DNA of 58,031 bases, filler included, from Sphacelaria rigidula (lineage: Eukaryota), in NCBI GenBank assembly GCA_964200075.2. It is 6 parts of 6 records of this genome, joined end to end, with 100 filler letters (N's around TTAATTAATTAA, not from the genome) between each part and the next. Parts side by side here need not be neighbours in the genome. Positions count along the whole stretch, not along the records: positions 29,068 to 38,656 come from CAXNAA020008144.1; positions 38,757 to 48,344 come from CAXNAA020008145.1; positions 48,445 to 58,031 come from CAXNAA020008146.1; 3 more parts are not named here. One strand, 5' to 3'. The position numbers and the translations under genes are program-made. A model generated the notes under the pieces. It worked only from the letters and a program-made list of their open reading frames with translations. It was not told where the DNA came from and searched no databases. Shown here in pieces: positions 37,474-49,397 of the stretch; the stretch's first letter is position 1; every line of letters starts with the position of its first letter.

Positions 37474-38399
37474 AAAATACATGTCTCGTTTTTAGGCTGG
37501 GGATTTCAAGCGCTCATTCGGCGAAGAACAATTCCCGATAGGTGGTGGATTGGTTGATTGATTGATTGTCGTATATGAATCGATCCGTCACGACTCTAGC
37601 CGTGGTCATTAGATACAAGATAGACGTGTCCAAGGTAACTCGAGAAGGGGGAAACATGAAGGCAACAGAGTAAACTAACGAACACCTCGGGGAGGGGGGG
37701 GTGAAGGAAAATGGATAAGCAGAGAAGGAGAGAAAAGGAGGAGAAAGAAAGGGAAACACATAGAGCCAGTTCGGGCGTGTGATTGCCGGTTCGAATCCCG
37801 GCATAGACGGTCTTCTCAAGAATAACCTGCTTCGGATGGTGAGAGCATGAGGTCGCAAGTAGCGGAACAAAAGCCAACGAGATCAGAAGGGGTTCGAGAG
37901 TGCTATGACAATCCTCGGTAGCATGGAATACGAATGAGGTGCCAGGGGAGGGACGTGCAAATCCGTTGAGACTACCAAGTCGTCCCAAGGAAGGTGAGGG
38001 GCTAAGATACAAGTATGACATTAACCCTTTTGGGACCGGGCCTCCAGAACGACCAGTGAGGCTGGTTAGGAATGACGTGTCTGGCGTCTGCACGAAACAG
38101 TGGCGTGCTGCTGAAAATCCGCGTATGTAACCGCAGGGGCATGAGGAAGATCAAAATTTTCATCAAATCTATTTTCAGGTGCAGGGTGCGCATTAGGTGA
38201 TGTAAATGTGATGTAGCAAGCAGTATGGGTCGCGGTACAGAGCTTCCAACAGGATGCGGCGACCGGCGGGCCGCCCGCCACGTGTGCCTTTGGATGATAT
38301 TATTGTCTCAATCACCTTACCACACAGCCCTTTGTGGTCGGGGTGGGCCGCCATCCCCCTCTTTGTTGCATGCGGCAAATTCTCTTCGAAGGGGATCAC

Positions 38400-38656
38400 C
38401 GTTGTGTGTTGTGTGTGTTGTCGTCCCATTTCTTCTGGGCACCAGTCTACACCTTTCGGTGTATGTGGGTGTATCAGCCGGGGTCACACAGGAGGAAGGT
38501 CAAGACAGGAGCTTTTCCTTTTTTAGTTGTTTTGATACCCCCACCTTCCTTCGGCGGTGCTTGCCTTTTTATATTTATCGCGAGAGGAGTTCAGCAGTCC
38601 CTTTCCCTCGTCGACCGTTGAGTCGAATTTGGTGTACCCACGACATAGTTGCTCTC
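38400..38656 (-). mobile_element. tRNA-derived SINE, 3' part
   Basis: Reverse complement matches ~32947..33204, including the CA tail. Confidence 0.8.
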
Positions 38657-38756
38657 NNNNNNNNNNNNNNNNNNNNNNNNNNNNNNNNNNNNNNNNNNNN
38701 TTAATTAATTAANNNNNNNNNNNNNNNNNNNNNNNNNNNNNNNNNNNNNNNNNNNN
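38657..38756. other. Artificial contig linker
   Basis: N44-TTAATTAATTAA-N44. Confidence 0.98.
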
Positions 38757-39562
38757 AACTCGTCTGTGTCGATGAGATATTGCTTTTAGAGCTTAAATCC
38801 GTTTTTAGGCTGGCCCAGCTCGTACTGTATTGACGAAAATATCGGTATCGCCGGTTGTGGGTCGATATTCTAAATATATCGCATCAAAATTTATTCTCGG
38901 TCCCATGTGCAACCCTGCCAAGGAAAGAGCGGCATTGAAAAAATATTTTTCGTGTACAGGGTACCCTGCCAAGGAAAGAGCGTAAAAAAAAATATAAAAT
39001 TAGACTGGCATATAATTAATGTCATAAAATAGACCACTACTGTAGGACATTCTACAGGAAACCTCTGACTGATGTTGCTGTACACCTGTACACAGGGTTA
39101 CAACAACAGGAGGATAGAAACTGCGGCGGGTTGCATTGGGAGCGGGACAGATTTGCTTGGTAACTATCAGTCAGGGCGCTCCATTTTGCTTGAGAATTGC
39201 CAGGAGAGTATTCTAAAACCTAGTGTTCGTGCGGTCGAATCTCACGGCAAATCTCGCGCGCACTCACATAGTACATGTTGCTGTACAGTACACTGAACAA
39301 AACAAAAACAGTACACGGCCGCAACGCACAGCACCAGCGGGGGTGTCGCAGCAGCGGACAGCAGCTTATTTTTTTTGACGAAAGACGAAACAGTCAACAC
39401 ATCATAAAGTTTTCAACAGTGTGCAGCCAGCACTGCGTGCCGACTCACACGGTTTTCTGGGGAGACCAACAACGACAATATCGCGTCAAAATATCAGGGA
39501 GGGATTCGTGACACGTGACACATTTGAAAAAACAGGAGAAAACGTAACTTTGGGCCATTTAA

Positions 39563-40430
39563 CCCTTAGACGACGAGCGTCGTCGCGGAACAGTTGTACA
39601 GGCTGACAGTCCCGAGACATTCGGGGGTTTCCAGGGTTCGGGGGGGGGGGGGTCTCTCCGCGGAGCATTGGAGAAGCTCACGGAGTCCACCATGTGTGCT
39701 TGGGAGTTTCTCGCGGAAAATTATGAGCCACGCACAAGGCCCGAGTGGCGCGGGATGACCATTTTGACCAATCACGGTCGCCAAAATGAGCACTTTCGTT
39801 CCGGTAGAGGTAGACAGCTGGTAGACACATTCGCTGTCTACCCTCAAATCTCATTTTGATCATGATAAATCAACCATAGATTATATAACCAAAAAGAAGG
39901 TGTTTGAGCATCTCCAGTACACTGTCTGTTAACTACGGCCTGAGCGTCCTACTAGCTTCACACCTCCATCTGGTATAAAACGTCATGGCGCAAAACGCGA
40001 GCGGCGGCCACGAGTATCCTACGCACGTAGATGTAGACCACAAGTACTTCGACGGTGAGGCGACCACCATCGCCAAGCATTTGCTCTACGGTAGTCAGGG
40101 GCGTTCGCGGCTGAGTCATGGTGCGATATCCAAACGTACGCTGCGTACACTCGGCACGTTCAACACCCAGTACGCTGCAGACCGCACGTGCAGCCGCGGC
40201 ACTATACACTACAGACTGCACAGCAAAAATATGAGGCGTAATAATCAGGTGGTCGACAACCACACGACCGTCTGTGTTATGCCTCTCACAACTATGCGCC
40301 TCTTATGCACTCCCGGTCCCTTCCGCCGTAGAGTAGGCGTTTTGAGTTGTGACGAAGGAATAATTATGAACCCAAAAAGTGGAGTGTCTACCTCAGTCGA
40401 CCAGTGGGGGGGTGGGTCGCTGTCTGAGGA
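39563..40430. mobile_element. Non-autonomous piggyBac-like element
   Basis: TTAA|CCCTTAGAC...GTCTGAGGA|TTAA. Confidence 0.7.
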
Positions 40431-40434
40431 TTAA

Positions 40435-40721
40435 TGCTACGTAAGGTTTGATTTTTTGGACGGGAAAAATGCAACGTAACGTGATGTAACATGTGGACCT
40501 TGAAGCAGTGTCTCTTTGTGTTTTCCAGATGTAAAAAAATGCTGTTTTTTTTTTTAATCTTTCAACGTGCCACGTGACACGTTACATGTTCACGAAAACA
40601 AGCAGAGTTTTCGTCACATTTGGAAAGTAAAACGCAATGTGAGGGTTCATGCGAAGGACCACACGTTACCATCACGTTACGTTACATGTGTCCCATCCAA
40701 AAAATCAAATCTCACGTAGTG
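40435..40721. mobile_element. TTAA-flanked MITE with ~70-bp TIRs
   Basis: ctacgtaaggtttgattttttggacggga...acgtaacgtgatg / catcacgttacgt...tcccatccaaaaaatcaaatctcacgtag, with TTAA on both sides. Confidence 0.8.
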
Positions 40722-40954
40722 TTAAATGACCCAAAGTTACGTATTTTCGCATGTGTCACGTTAAAACGTCACGTGTCACGTATCCCTTCCTGAAAAATAT
40801 GGACAATGCACAAGGCACAAAAAATATATGTATGTTGGTACCGAAAGCTTTTTTTCTTCATAAGTCAAGGACAATGATCGGTTTTCAGGTACGTATCAGT
40901 AAAATGCCCCCAACCCTTAGACCGCGAGGGTAGTCCATCTGGATAATGCATCAT

Positions 40955-41180
40955 ATTTGCTAGGGAATTTGATGCCGATTCGACATACACTTCTCTCGAT
41001 GTCTATACTGTACCCGACAAGTTCTGTAATTTTTGTACGAGTAAGACTTTCATCCAGTACCGGTACCCTACAGCTGTGTAATTTCTTCAAGACTTTCATA
41101 CTAGTACCCGGTATTTCTGTAAGTTCTGTAGGGAATCTCATACCCTATAGAACATATACCCGTACCCTACAGAACATTGT
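40955..41180 (-). repeat. Fragment of the cttacagaa/gtcgggtac MITE family
   Basis: Reverse complement matches the start of 54236..54769. Confidence 0.7.
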
Positions 41181-41209
41181 ATTGATTTTTTTCGCGCGCC
41201 TTTCTTGAC

Positions 41210-41620
41210 GGTAACCATGACGGTGGTCGAGCTAGATTATATTATGTTGAGTGGAGACCCTCAAATATGCGCAAAGGGGATGATCGTAACAAGTAGTACT
41301 TAAATGGTGAGACACCCATGAGGCATTTCAACCCGTGGCTGTGTCTGGAAGTGGTGATGCCAGAAAATGAACTACTGTTACTCATTGGAGGTTGTCGTTC
41401 ATATGCAAGATAATCGGTACGCTCTGGGCCGACCATTCTTAGCTGAATGCAGCTCACTCTTCATGCGACTCGCCGACGACATCACGGCGCTTCGCGCTTG
41501 GTGATTGCGAGCCTTGCTCTAGCGAAAACCCATCGTGCCCCCTCCCGGTTTTGTAGGGATGCGAGGTCAGTGGTCTGACGACTATGACCTGCAAGATCAT
41601 GAGTACACCCGCCCCCCCCG
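41210..41620 (-). mobile_element. 5'-truncated 3' end of the RTE-like LINE
   Basis: Collinear with 45085..45490. Confidence 0.75.
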
Positions 41621-44600
41621 TTGACCTCAGAATACCTACCGCACATGTGGGGTTCAGGATACGGTAGTTGTTTTTCTACAGCCAAAACGCCCATTTACAC
41701 AAACATATGGGTGTTGTGAACCTGTACAGAAACAGCCCTGGAGAACATTTGACTGTTCTTGAGCCACAAGTCGAGTACATGTACACACAGTAATGACATA
41801 TCTTCGCTGGGCCAATTTTTGTGGGATACATTACTTCATGCGTTGCAAGCAGTGTACGCTAGCAGCCGACGGTGTACTGCTGAGATTGTCAAAACGGTCA
41901 TGGGTCAAAACGTCGAAACTGCATGATTACAGTCAGTGCCCATCGTTCACGGCCTGTCACATCCATTTCGGCCAATACACAGGACAAGTGTGGGACACGG
42001 AGTGCATATTTCTTGTCCGGTCACAGCTCTGGAGTCTGGAGTTGCCGATCCGTACATGCAGCATCTACAACTGTGCCTGTATAGGACAGGCAATACTTTG
42101 TGGGGAGGGTAACGTGCTCGAACAGGAACTTGGATCTGTACGTTTTCCATGATCAGTAGTATCATAGTATGTTCCATCGAGTCAGTGCCACGCCCATTCT
42201 CACCGAGTTCAGGAGTCGATCCTTCTCTGTTTCGACATTTTCACCCATTCCCACGAGGTCCATCCTGGCCTTTTGAGTTGTCGGCATGGCCAGACATGCA
42301 TCCAGCTCTACTCCGGGAAAGACGTGGTTGAGCTCTCGGGCAAGCGCCCTCGGGCATGTATGTAGCGACACCTGGTGAAGAATTTGAGTGAAAAAAAAAA
42401 AAGGTGGAGATTGGTGGAGATCTATCCGACGAAAATTAACAATGGCGACGGAAAGCCATTACCTACTCTCGCGCAAATCTTGTACACTCAAGGTTGAGCA
42501 TGGAAGAATGCATCGGCGATTGGTTTAGTTCGGCTTTGTGAGATACACTGCCATGGCACTACGGGTCGGTCCTGACTGCGGCAGTGTCCAGTTTCGAGAT
42601 GACGCTAGTGACTGCACTGACTATACTGGTTGTACTGACTGTACGGCGGTTTCACTGTTAATAGAGTCCAAGTCCAAGACGTAATTACCGTTGTCTCTGC
42701 AAGGTCTCTGTCATGTACAGATATCCGTCCTTCTAGACTTGAAGAATGATTGCAGACTAGACCGAAGGAGTCGACAGTGCTTACGGGCACAGCGAAAAGA
42801 ACGCAGTGCCTCTTGATCGACCGGGCATGCGTGGAAACGCTCGGGTCGTGGCATGTCGTTTCGATATATCATTCGTTACACAGCCCTCGCCCGCAATGCA
42901 TTGGGGGCGTCTCAACGCCTGCTTGCTCACTCTGAGAAGTGAGTTTCAGTTCATTTTTCAAATATATTGGCGCAAGTCGGAGCATCGAAATTTGGGCTTC
43001 GGGGCGATGGTGATGACTGTACTGTTCAAATTTATGCACATACCTCTAGGCCCTCGGGAGTCATACGGGGAGGCTGCAGTGTGAGGGATCCTGTCTGGTA
43101 TCTTCGCACCGCCATTGGGTCGACACGAATTTAGTCCAGCACGACTAACAACAGCCTACCGGACGATACCCGCGCTTGCCCTGTTTGGTAAGTGTTGATG
43201 TGCAGGCGGTTGTACCGCGTCATGTTTGCGCCATGAAAAACGGTATACTACTAGGACTTGATTGTGACCAATCAGAATTGCAGCAGGCGGGCGATCTTGG
43301 ATCTGGGTTGGCATGCTGTGGTTGAGGGTACGCATGCATCCATGCATTCCTGTTGTTCATATAGTGTAGAATCATTGTGCGCCAAATGCACTCAGTGCAA
43401 GTGTACAGTACGATAAAGGTACAAGGCAAGATTTGATTCGACTGTCCTGCGTCTGTCCCCGGTGTGTTGCATTTCAAGAAAACAACCATTCCCGCGACCT
43501 TTTCCCAGTAGGGCACGGCGATGGCCATCTATTGAATCGGCGTCAAAATTGCTTGAAAGAAGGATACATGATCCAGACCTCTCGATCTTAGCCGGCGAGA
43601 GTAGAACATCTGTTGAATCGGCATAAACTTCACTGGAAGAAAGACTCCATGTTCCAGATGGACTACCCCCGCGGTCCAAGGGTTACACATCCATCATCTG
43701 TACAACGACAGTCAGTACTAGTATTTTCAACTTTCAAGCCACTAACGCTCAGTACGACTACTGTACCTCACTTCAAATGGGTATGTTCGGGTGCTCTGGC
43801 GAGTATTCATGGATTCTTACTCCTCTTCCGGCTACTGCACATTACGTGGGGAACACGCTGGGCGTTGCTACGGTTGCTGTCACTTCTCGATTCTTTGTAG
43901 ACTTTCTCTGCTTTTTCGGAATTTTTCCCTGCTTTTGAAAAAAATACTGAAAAAATCAACAGCGCTACTCGCAGATTTTCCAGGTATAGGTACAGTACGT
44001 ACTCGTACGTGTACGGAAGGAATATGAAGCGAGTCTCAAAATTGTTCTATATTCCTCGGAAAAAATATACTAAAACACTGTCAGATCTGGTGCCGCAGGT
44101 AAACGTTCCGACTATTGGAGACCGAGCCCAATGCTCCCACTCGACACGCGATACCACATAGACACAGAACCAGACTCAAGAACCCAAGATCACCAATCGT
44201 CTCAATAAAATCGCATGGTTCTATCCTTGCATACCTCGACTAGATCGGGGTACATTGCCCGCCGGGATTACTGTTCGCCGCCCAAGTCTTATCCCCACCC
44301 GTGTCTATATACAGTATACATACACTAAGCCCGGGGTCTCAAAAAGCGAGCCACGTGTTACTTGGTTGTCAATTCCAAGATAGACGCACCATACCCCGCG
44401 CATTCTGATGATGCTGGAATATTCCGTGCCGGGTTTTTTTGCAGGCCAGTCACACCCCGTAGTAGGCAGACATTCATTTGAGAGACAGCCTCATATACGA
44501 ATATACATATACTATACTGTACTAGACAAAAAAACGCCGCATTTGGGGAAAGGGTGCAGTGAATGGAAGGAAGGAATTGGAAAAATAAAGGAAGACATGA

Positions 44601-44743
44601 GGGGATGGTGGGTAGTCCTGCCACCTCCGCCATGTTCATTCCGGTACATACCTGGCTACACGTTCTGTGATCTCCCTCCTGCTCTTTTCAGCGGCATTGG
44701 TACGAGTATCCTCAGCAGCGTGGACCCTTCTTCCCCGACCCCC

Positions 44744-45002
44744 GTGCAATGCTACGGTAGGGTGCACTTTTCGCGCGAAATCCTGTCTTCAGGGGCTCCT
44801 AACGATTCCAGATGCACAAGAATGTGGGTCAGGGCATCCCCTTTTGCAGATTAATTCGGGATATCCCCAATACATTGGAGTAGTAATCCTGGCGTGCTCT
44901 CACATATTTTCGTAACTCGTGTTTTGCATGAGATCAAGGATTCCTATTAATGACATTTCTAACCTCAGAAAATATTTGTGCACTCTTACCGTAGCATCCC
45001 CC
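44744..45002. mobile_element. ~255-bp MITE (gcaatgctacggtaggg TIR family)
   Basis: Collinear with 51702..51955; another end of this family lies at 19379..19433. Confidence 0.8.
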
Positions 45003-45084
45003 CCTCTCCCCCCCTCCCCCTCCTACCACTCCTTTCGTGGGCTAGGCAACCAGGTTACCGCTTTTCTCCCGCTTGCGTTTTTTC

Positions 45085-48000
45085 AGTAATCATGATGTTG
45101 GTCGAGCTAGAGCATATATATTGTGTTGGGTGGAGCACCTCAACTCCGCGCAAAGGGAATGATCGTAACAAGTACCCGTGTTTATATGGTGAGAAATCCA
45201 TGAGACATTGTAATCCGTGGCTGTCTCTAAAAGTGGTAATACCAGAAAATGAGGCAACTCGTTCGAGGCTGTAATCCACCTGTAAGATAATCAGTACGTT
45301 CTGGAACAAACAATCTTAGCAGCTCACTCTTCGTGCGACTCGCCGAACACATTACGGCGCTTCGCGTTTGGTGATTGACTGAGAGCGTGGTCCGGCGAAA
45401 GCCCGGCTTCCCCCGTCTCGGCTTTGTAGGGGTGCAAGATCAATGGTCTGAAGACTGTAGCATGCAAGATCATGGGTACACCCCCTCGCTCCCTACTCTT
45501 GGCCGCGGTCCCTGTTGTGATGCTTCCCTTGCTGTCCCGTTTAATCGTGCGAAGTCGGCCGGCCTCCTCGTCCATGTGCCAGGAGGACACAAATCTTTGC
45601 GCTCCCCGAAGAACCCCTGTGTGCCACAGCATTCTCCCCTCCTTCTTTGCTGCAGAGGTCCAGAGGGCGCCCTGTCAACTCCGAACGTTTGTCGGTTGTC
45701 CGTAGAGCCGTCTGTGGCCCCGAAAGCGTGGAGATCTTTCCTCCGGCACTTGAGCCAGTTTGCTCCGTGCATCCTGGTCCTGGATCCCCCCCCCCCCACA
45801 AGTGTCCCGAACGCTTGTCGCTTCGGTAGGTGTCAGTCCGGTTGTCTAGCCAGGGCTCCCGCGAGCAGTAGTTGCCGTCGCCGAAATATGGCTCCAACAC
45901 TTTGGCATCCGGTTGCCGGTATGTGCCACGCAGGCGGTGGTTCTCGATAACTCGCAGAGGGAACCGATGGTACATCCTTCTCAGCAACTCGTAATGCTCA
46001 CGGCGCGGGGCCCACGTCATGCATCGGTACAGCAGGGCCTCCATCGCCTCCGCTTTCAGTAGTCGGATCTTGAGTCTCCGCGGTGCTGCCTGTCGGTCGA
46101 AGGGGAGAACTTCCTGATGCACGCCCACGCTGCTCTGCTCTGCTCCGGTTATTGATCTCTTGTGTGGGTTCGCCATCTTCGTTGACAACCTCGCCCAAGC
46201 ATCGGAACCTAATGATCTGTGCGTATTTCTGATCCGCTGCTTTGATGACCAGTGTCGGGTCAGGTGGTGTTGGTGGCTCCCCCTTTTACAGTTCTCCGGA
46301 ATTCACATCATCGGAGTCTCCGTCTTTTTCCCCGACACCGTCAGTCCAAGGGCCCCAAACATGTCCACTATAACGCCCGTCATCCTCGCCAGACCGCCGG
46401 GAGATTTCGAGACGACGGGCACGTCGTCGGCATATAGCATTTCCCACACCGCTCTCCATACGCCTTCCAGTGGTGTCTCCGCCCCCCTCCCCTTCTCCTC
46501 TTCGAGATGCCATGCCCTTGAGTATTGTGTCGTCCTCGCTGAATCGCACGAGAATGAACTCTAACGCCGCTGCAAAGAAAATGTTGAACAGCAGCTGAGA
46601 CAGCCTACATTCTTGCCGCAGTCTGTGTGTGACCTCGAATCACTCCGAGAACTTCCCGTCGTCCATGCGTACGCGGGCCTGCATGCCGATGTGGAATTGG
46701 CGAAGAGCTACGATAATCTCATCCGGAACACCAGCTCGGACCAGCACCTGCCACAGAATCTTTGGGTCGGCCGTGTCATAAGCTTTGTGGAGGTCGACGA
46801 AGCACATGTGTAGCGGTATTCTCTATCGTCGCCCTAGCTCCCGGAGTCGGCGCACTACAGCCAGTGTGTCGACGGTGAATCGATCAGATCAGAGACTGCA
46901 TTATTCCTCCGGGAGGATCCCCTGGGCTTCGCAATCGGCGCTGAGGCGGTTTGCCACTATTTTCAGAGGCTCTCTTCCTGCGTGCGAGACCAATAAGATG
47001 CCTCTGTTGTTGTTGCAGTTGGAACGGTCCAATTTCTTGTATAGCACTTTGTTGGTTGCGTCTTTCCACTCCTGTGGGACCTCCTCTCCGTTCCACGCCT
47101 TGGCGAGGATGGCACAGAAGCGGTCGAGAACGATGCGTTCGGCGCGGTCGTTGATCTTGAGTATCTCTACAGGGGGGCTCGTGTCCAGTTGTGCATCCCC
47201 GAGACTGCTCGTCTGGTCTCTTCCAGCGTGGATGATAACCCAAGTGGTGCGTAATTTTCGGTGATTGATGCTGTCGGTCACTGCTTCACCTCCTCGATGA
47301 CGGCTGGCTTCATTCAGCGTAGGCGATTAAGTATCGAGCAGGGTACGGAAGAACCTCGTCCACCGTTTAGGATATCCAGCTTGTTCCTGAATAAAACGCC
47401 GCTCTCGTCATTGATGAATTGCTGTGCCCCCGGTTGCCTCCCGTCAAGACTCACCGATTTCTTGAGGTGTTTGTACAGGCCTCTTACGTCGCGATGCTCG
47501 TCGATCTCTTCTACACTCCGGACATGCCTCTTCAGATGTGCACGGACGCCGTCGTCTATTCACCATACACCCCCCTTATACACGGCTCTGATTGTTTTCC
47601 ACGTTGCTTGGGTCCGGTTGTCCTTCACCAGCCGATGTGACTTCCATCGTTTGGCCAGCGCTGCCCCTACTGTTGCTCTGGAGTCCGGGCTTCACATCCT
47701 CCCCGCGAAGATGGTAACCGTGTCTCCTCCGGGAGTACTGCCTCCGCTGCTTCGAGGATAGCTTCGGTAAACTCCTTTGCGGCCGTGGGTGCGATTGTGG
47801 TTGGCTGGTATGTTCGCTCGCCGAGGTTATATAATAGTAGGAACCTCTCGACCAAGTGCCACCGTGCCATTTTGACCTGCAGTTGATGCCTGCTGAATTA
47901 TCGATGCTTCGATTTGGTCCGCACGGTACGGTTGTTGGCGAGGCGGCCACCGAGGTCGACAGTCCTCATGTCGTGGCCCGAGTCAGCTTTGGCCGGAAGT

Positions 48001-48250
48001 GCGGGTTGGGGGTATGAGCATACGTTGCGCATTCGACCTCGGTGTGCCTGCCGTGTGAGTACGTAGTGTATGCTCTCAAAGTCACTCGCGCAGTTCCCTG
48101 TGACAGCGTTGTACGGTGTGCACTTGTGAGGTGTTGTTTGGTGTGGCCGTGGCGCGCTTCCTCGCAGTGCACCGTTTTATAGCGGAGCAAGGCAATTGTC
48201 ACGAGAGATCTTGATAGGTTGAGCAGACGACGTACCCGAGTGGGGCGCTG
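45085..48250 (-). mobile_element. Decayed non-LTR retrotransposon (RTE-like LINE), RT pseudogene
   Basis: [67 protein letters not shown] at ~46424-46447; RLKIRLLKAE..EALLY. Many stops and frameshifts. The 5' limit is approximate. Confidence 0.9.
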
Positions 48251-48344
48251 CATCGCCGTGCTTTTCGTTATTCATTCAGACGTCACCCGCTGGTGTACAG
48301 CTCTATCTGAACCTTCGCTCTCTGAATCTCAGCCCTAAACCCCA

Positions 48345-48444
48345 NNNNNNNNNNNNNNNNNNNNNNNNNNNNNNNNNNNNNNNNNNNNTTAATTAATTAA
48401 NNNNNNNNNNNNNNNNNNNNNNNNNNNNNNNNNNNNNNNNNNNN
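48345..48444. other. Artificial contig linker
   Basis: N44-TTAATTAATTAA-N44. Confidence 0.98.
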
Positions 48445-49264
48445 CTACACTGCCACATGGGTGCGTCACCAGTCGTGGGGGGGGGGGGGGTTGTACGCTC
48501 GTTGATGACCCCCCAAACCAGCCCCAAAACTGTACGAAGAAAATGGCCATACAGTGCATGATAGCTGGTTTTGGACTTCATGAAGCCCCTCATATGGGCG
48601 ACACTGGCGAAAATGATCCCAAGCATGGGGGTTCCCAGCTGCTCGGTATGCTCGGCTTTTGTCGTTTGGGTTTACATATAGATCCTGCCTCCTCAAATCA
48701 GCCATTTTTCTTGAGGGGGGCTATCGCGGGAAATATTTTACTACAGCAGCAGCAGCAGCGCGGTGGCGGGGATCCTTCATAAACGTCGGTGCACGAAGTG
48801 GTGCATTGACGAATGAGAACTCAAACTTCTAGACCTATCTCTCGAACATTTTTCTGGCAGAGGATATCTGCGGCGTCCGTGTGCCGGTCTTCGCTGAGTT
48901 ACTATCGGGTAAACGGTTGGTCGTATACTTTCTACGGTCAAAAACACGTGTTTGATGCAAGAGCTTCCATGATATTGTTTATGTGCTCTTGTCGCGGGTC
49001 CAAATGACCCGAGAAAAGAGAATGGAAGCGTTCCGAAAAGAATCGTGACATACTCTCTAGCGTTTCTTCAACAAGGACGAGTGTTTTGTTTGGTGATGAA
49101 ACTCGGTTACACCACGACAAACCACTGCATGACCACAACTTGACTCTCTGAACGACAGAATATTGTAGAACAAAGTTTCAATCCCTGCCTCGCGATGCAG
49201 GCCCGTGGAGAAGGTGTGCGACACGTCGGGGGAGGCAAATGTGCGGAAGGTTGATGTTCACACC

Positions 49265-49397
49265 CACCCTGGACGATAGATTACATTGCCAAAGGTGCAC
49301 TGCGTACAGTACCGACGATTGCATCTATTGCAAAATACGATAGATCCCATACTGTACGCAGTACATTTTTTGACAATGTAACCTATTGTCCAGGGTG
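49265..49397. repeat. Palindrome with ~47-bp arms and ~38-nt loop
   Basis: caccctggacgatagattacattgccaaaggtgcactgcgtacagta versus reverse complement caccctggacaataggttacattgtcaaaaaatgtactgcgtacagta. Confidence 0.9.

Larger units (their letters stand above)
39495..40792. mobile_element. Palindromic hAT-like MITE (CAG...CTG, 8-bp TSD CAAAATAT/AAAAATAT) split by two nested TTAA elements
   Basis: Arms 39495..39562 and 40722..40792 are inverted repeats (aggga.(t/a)cgtgacacgtgac...acgtaactttggg.catttaa). Confidence 0.75.

Noticed and set aside
44079..44410. Possible solo LTR (TGTCAGA...TCTGATG)
   Set aside because: The terminal CA is absent and there is no matching TSD.
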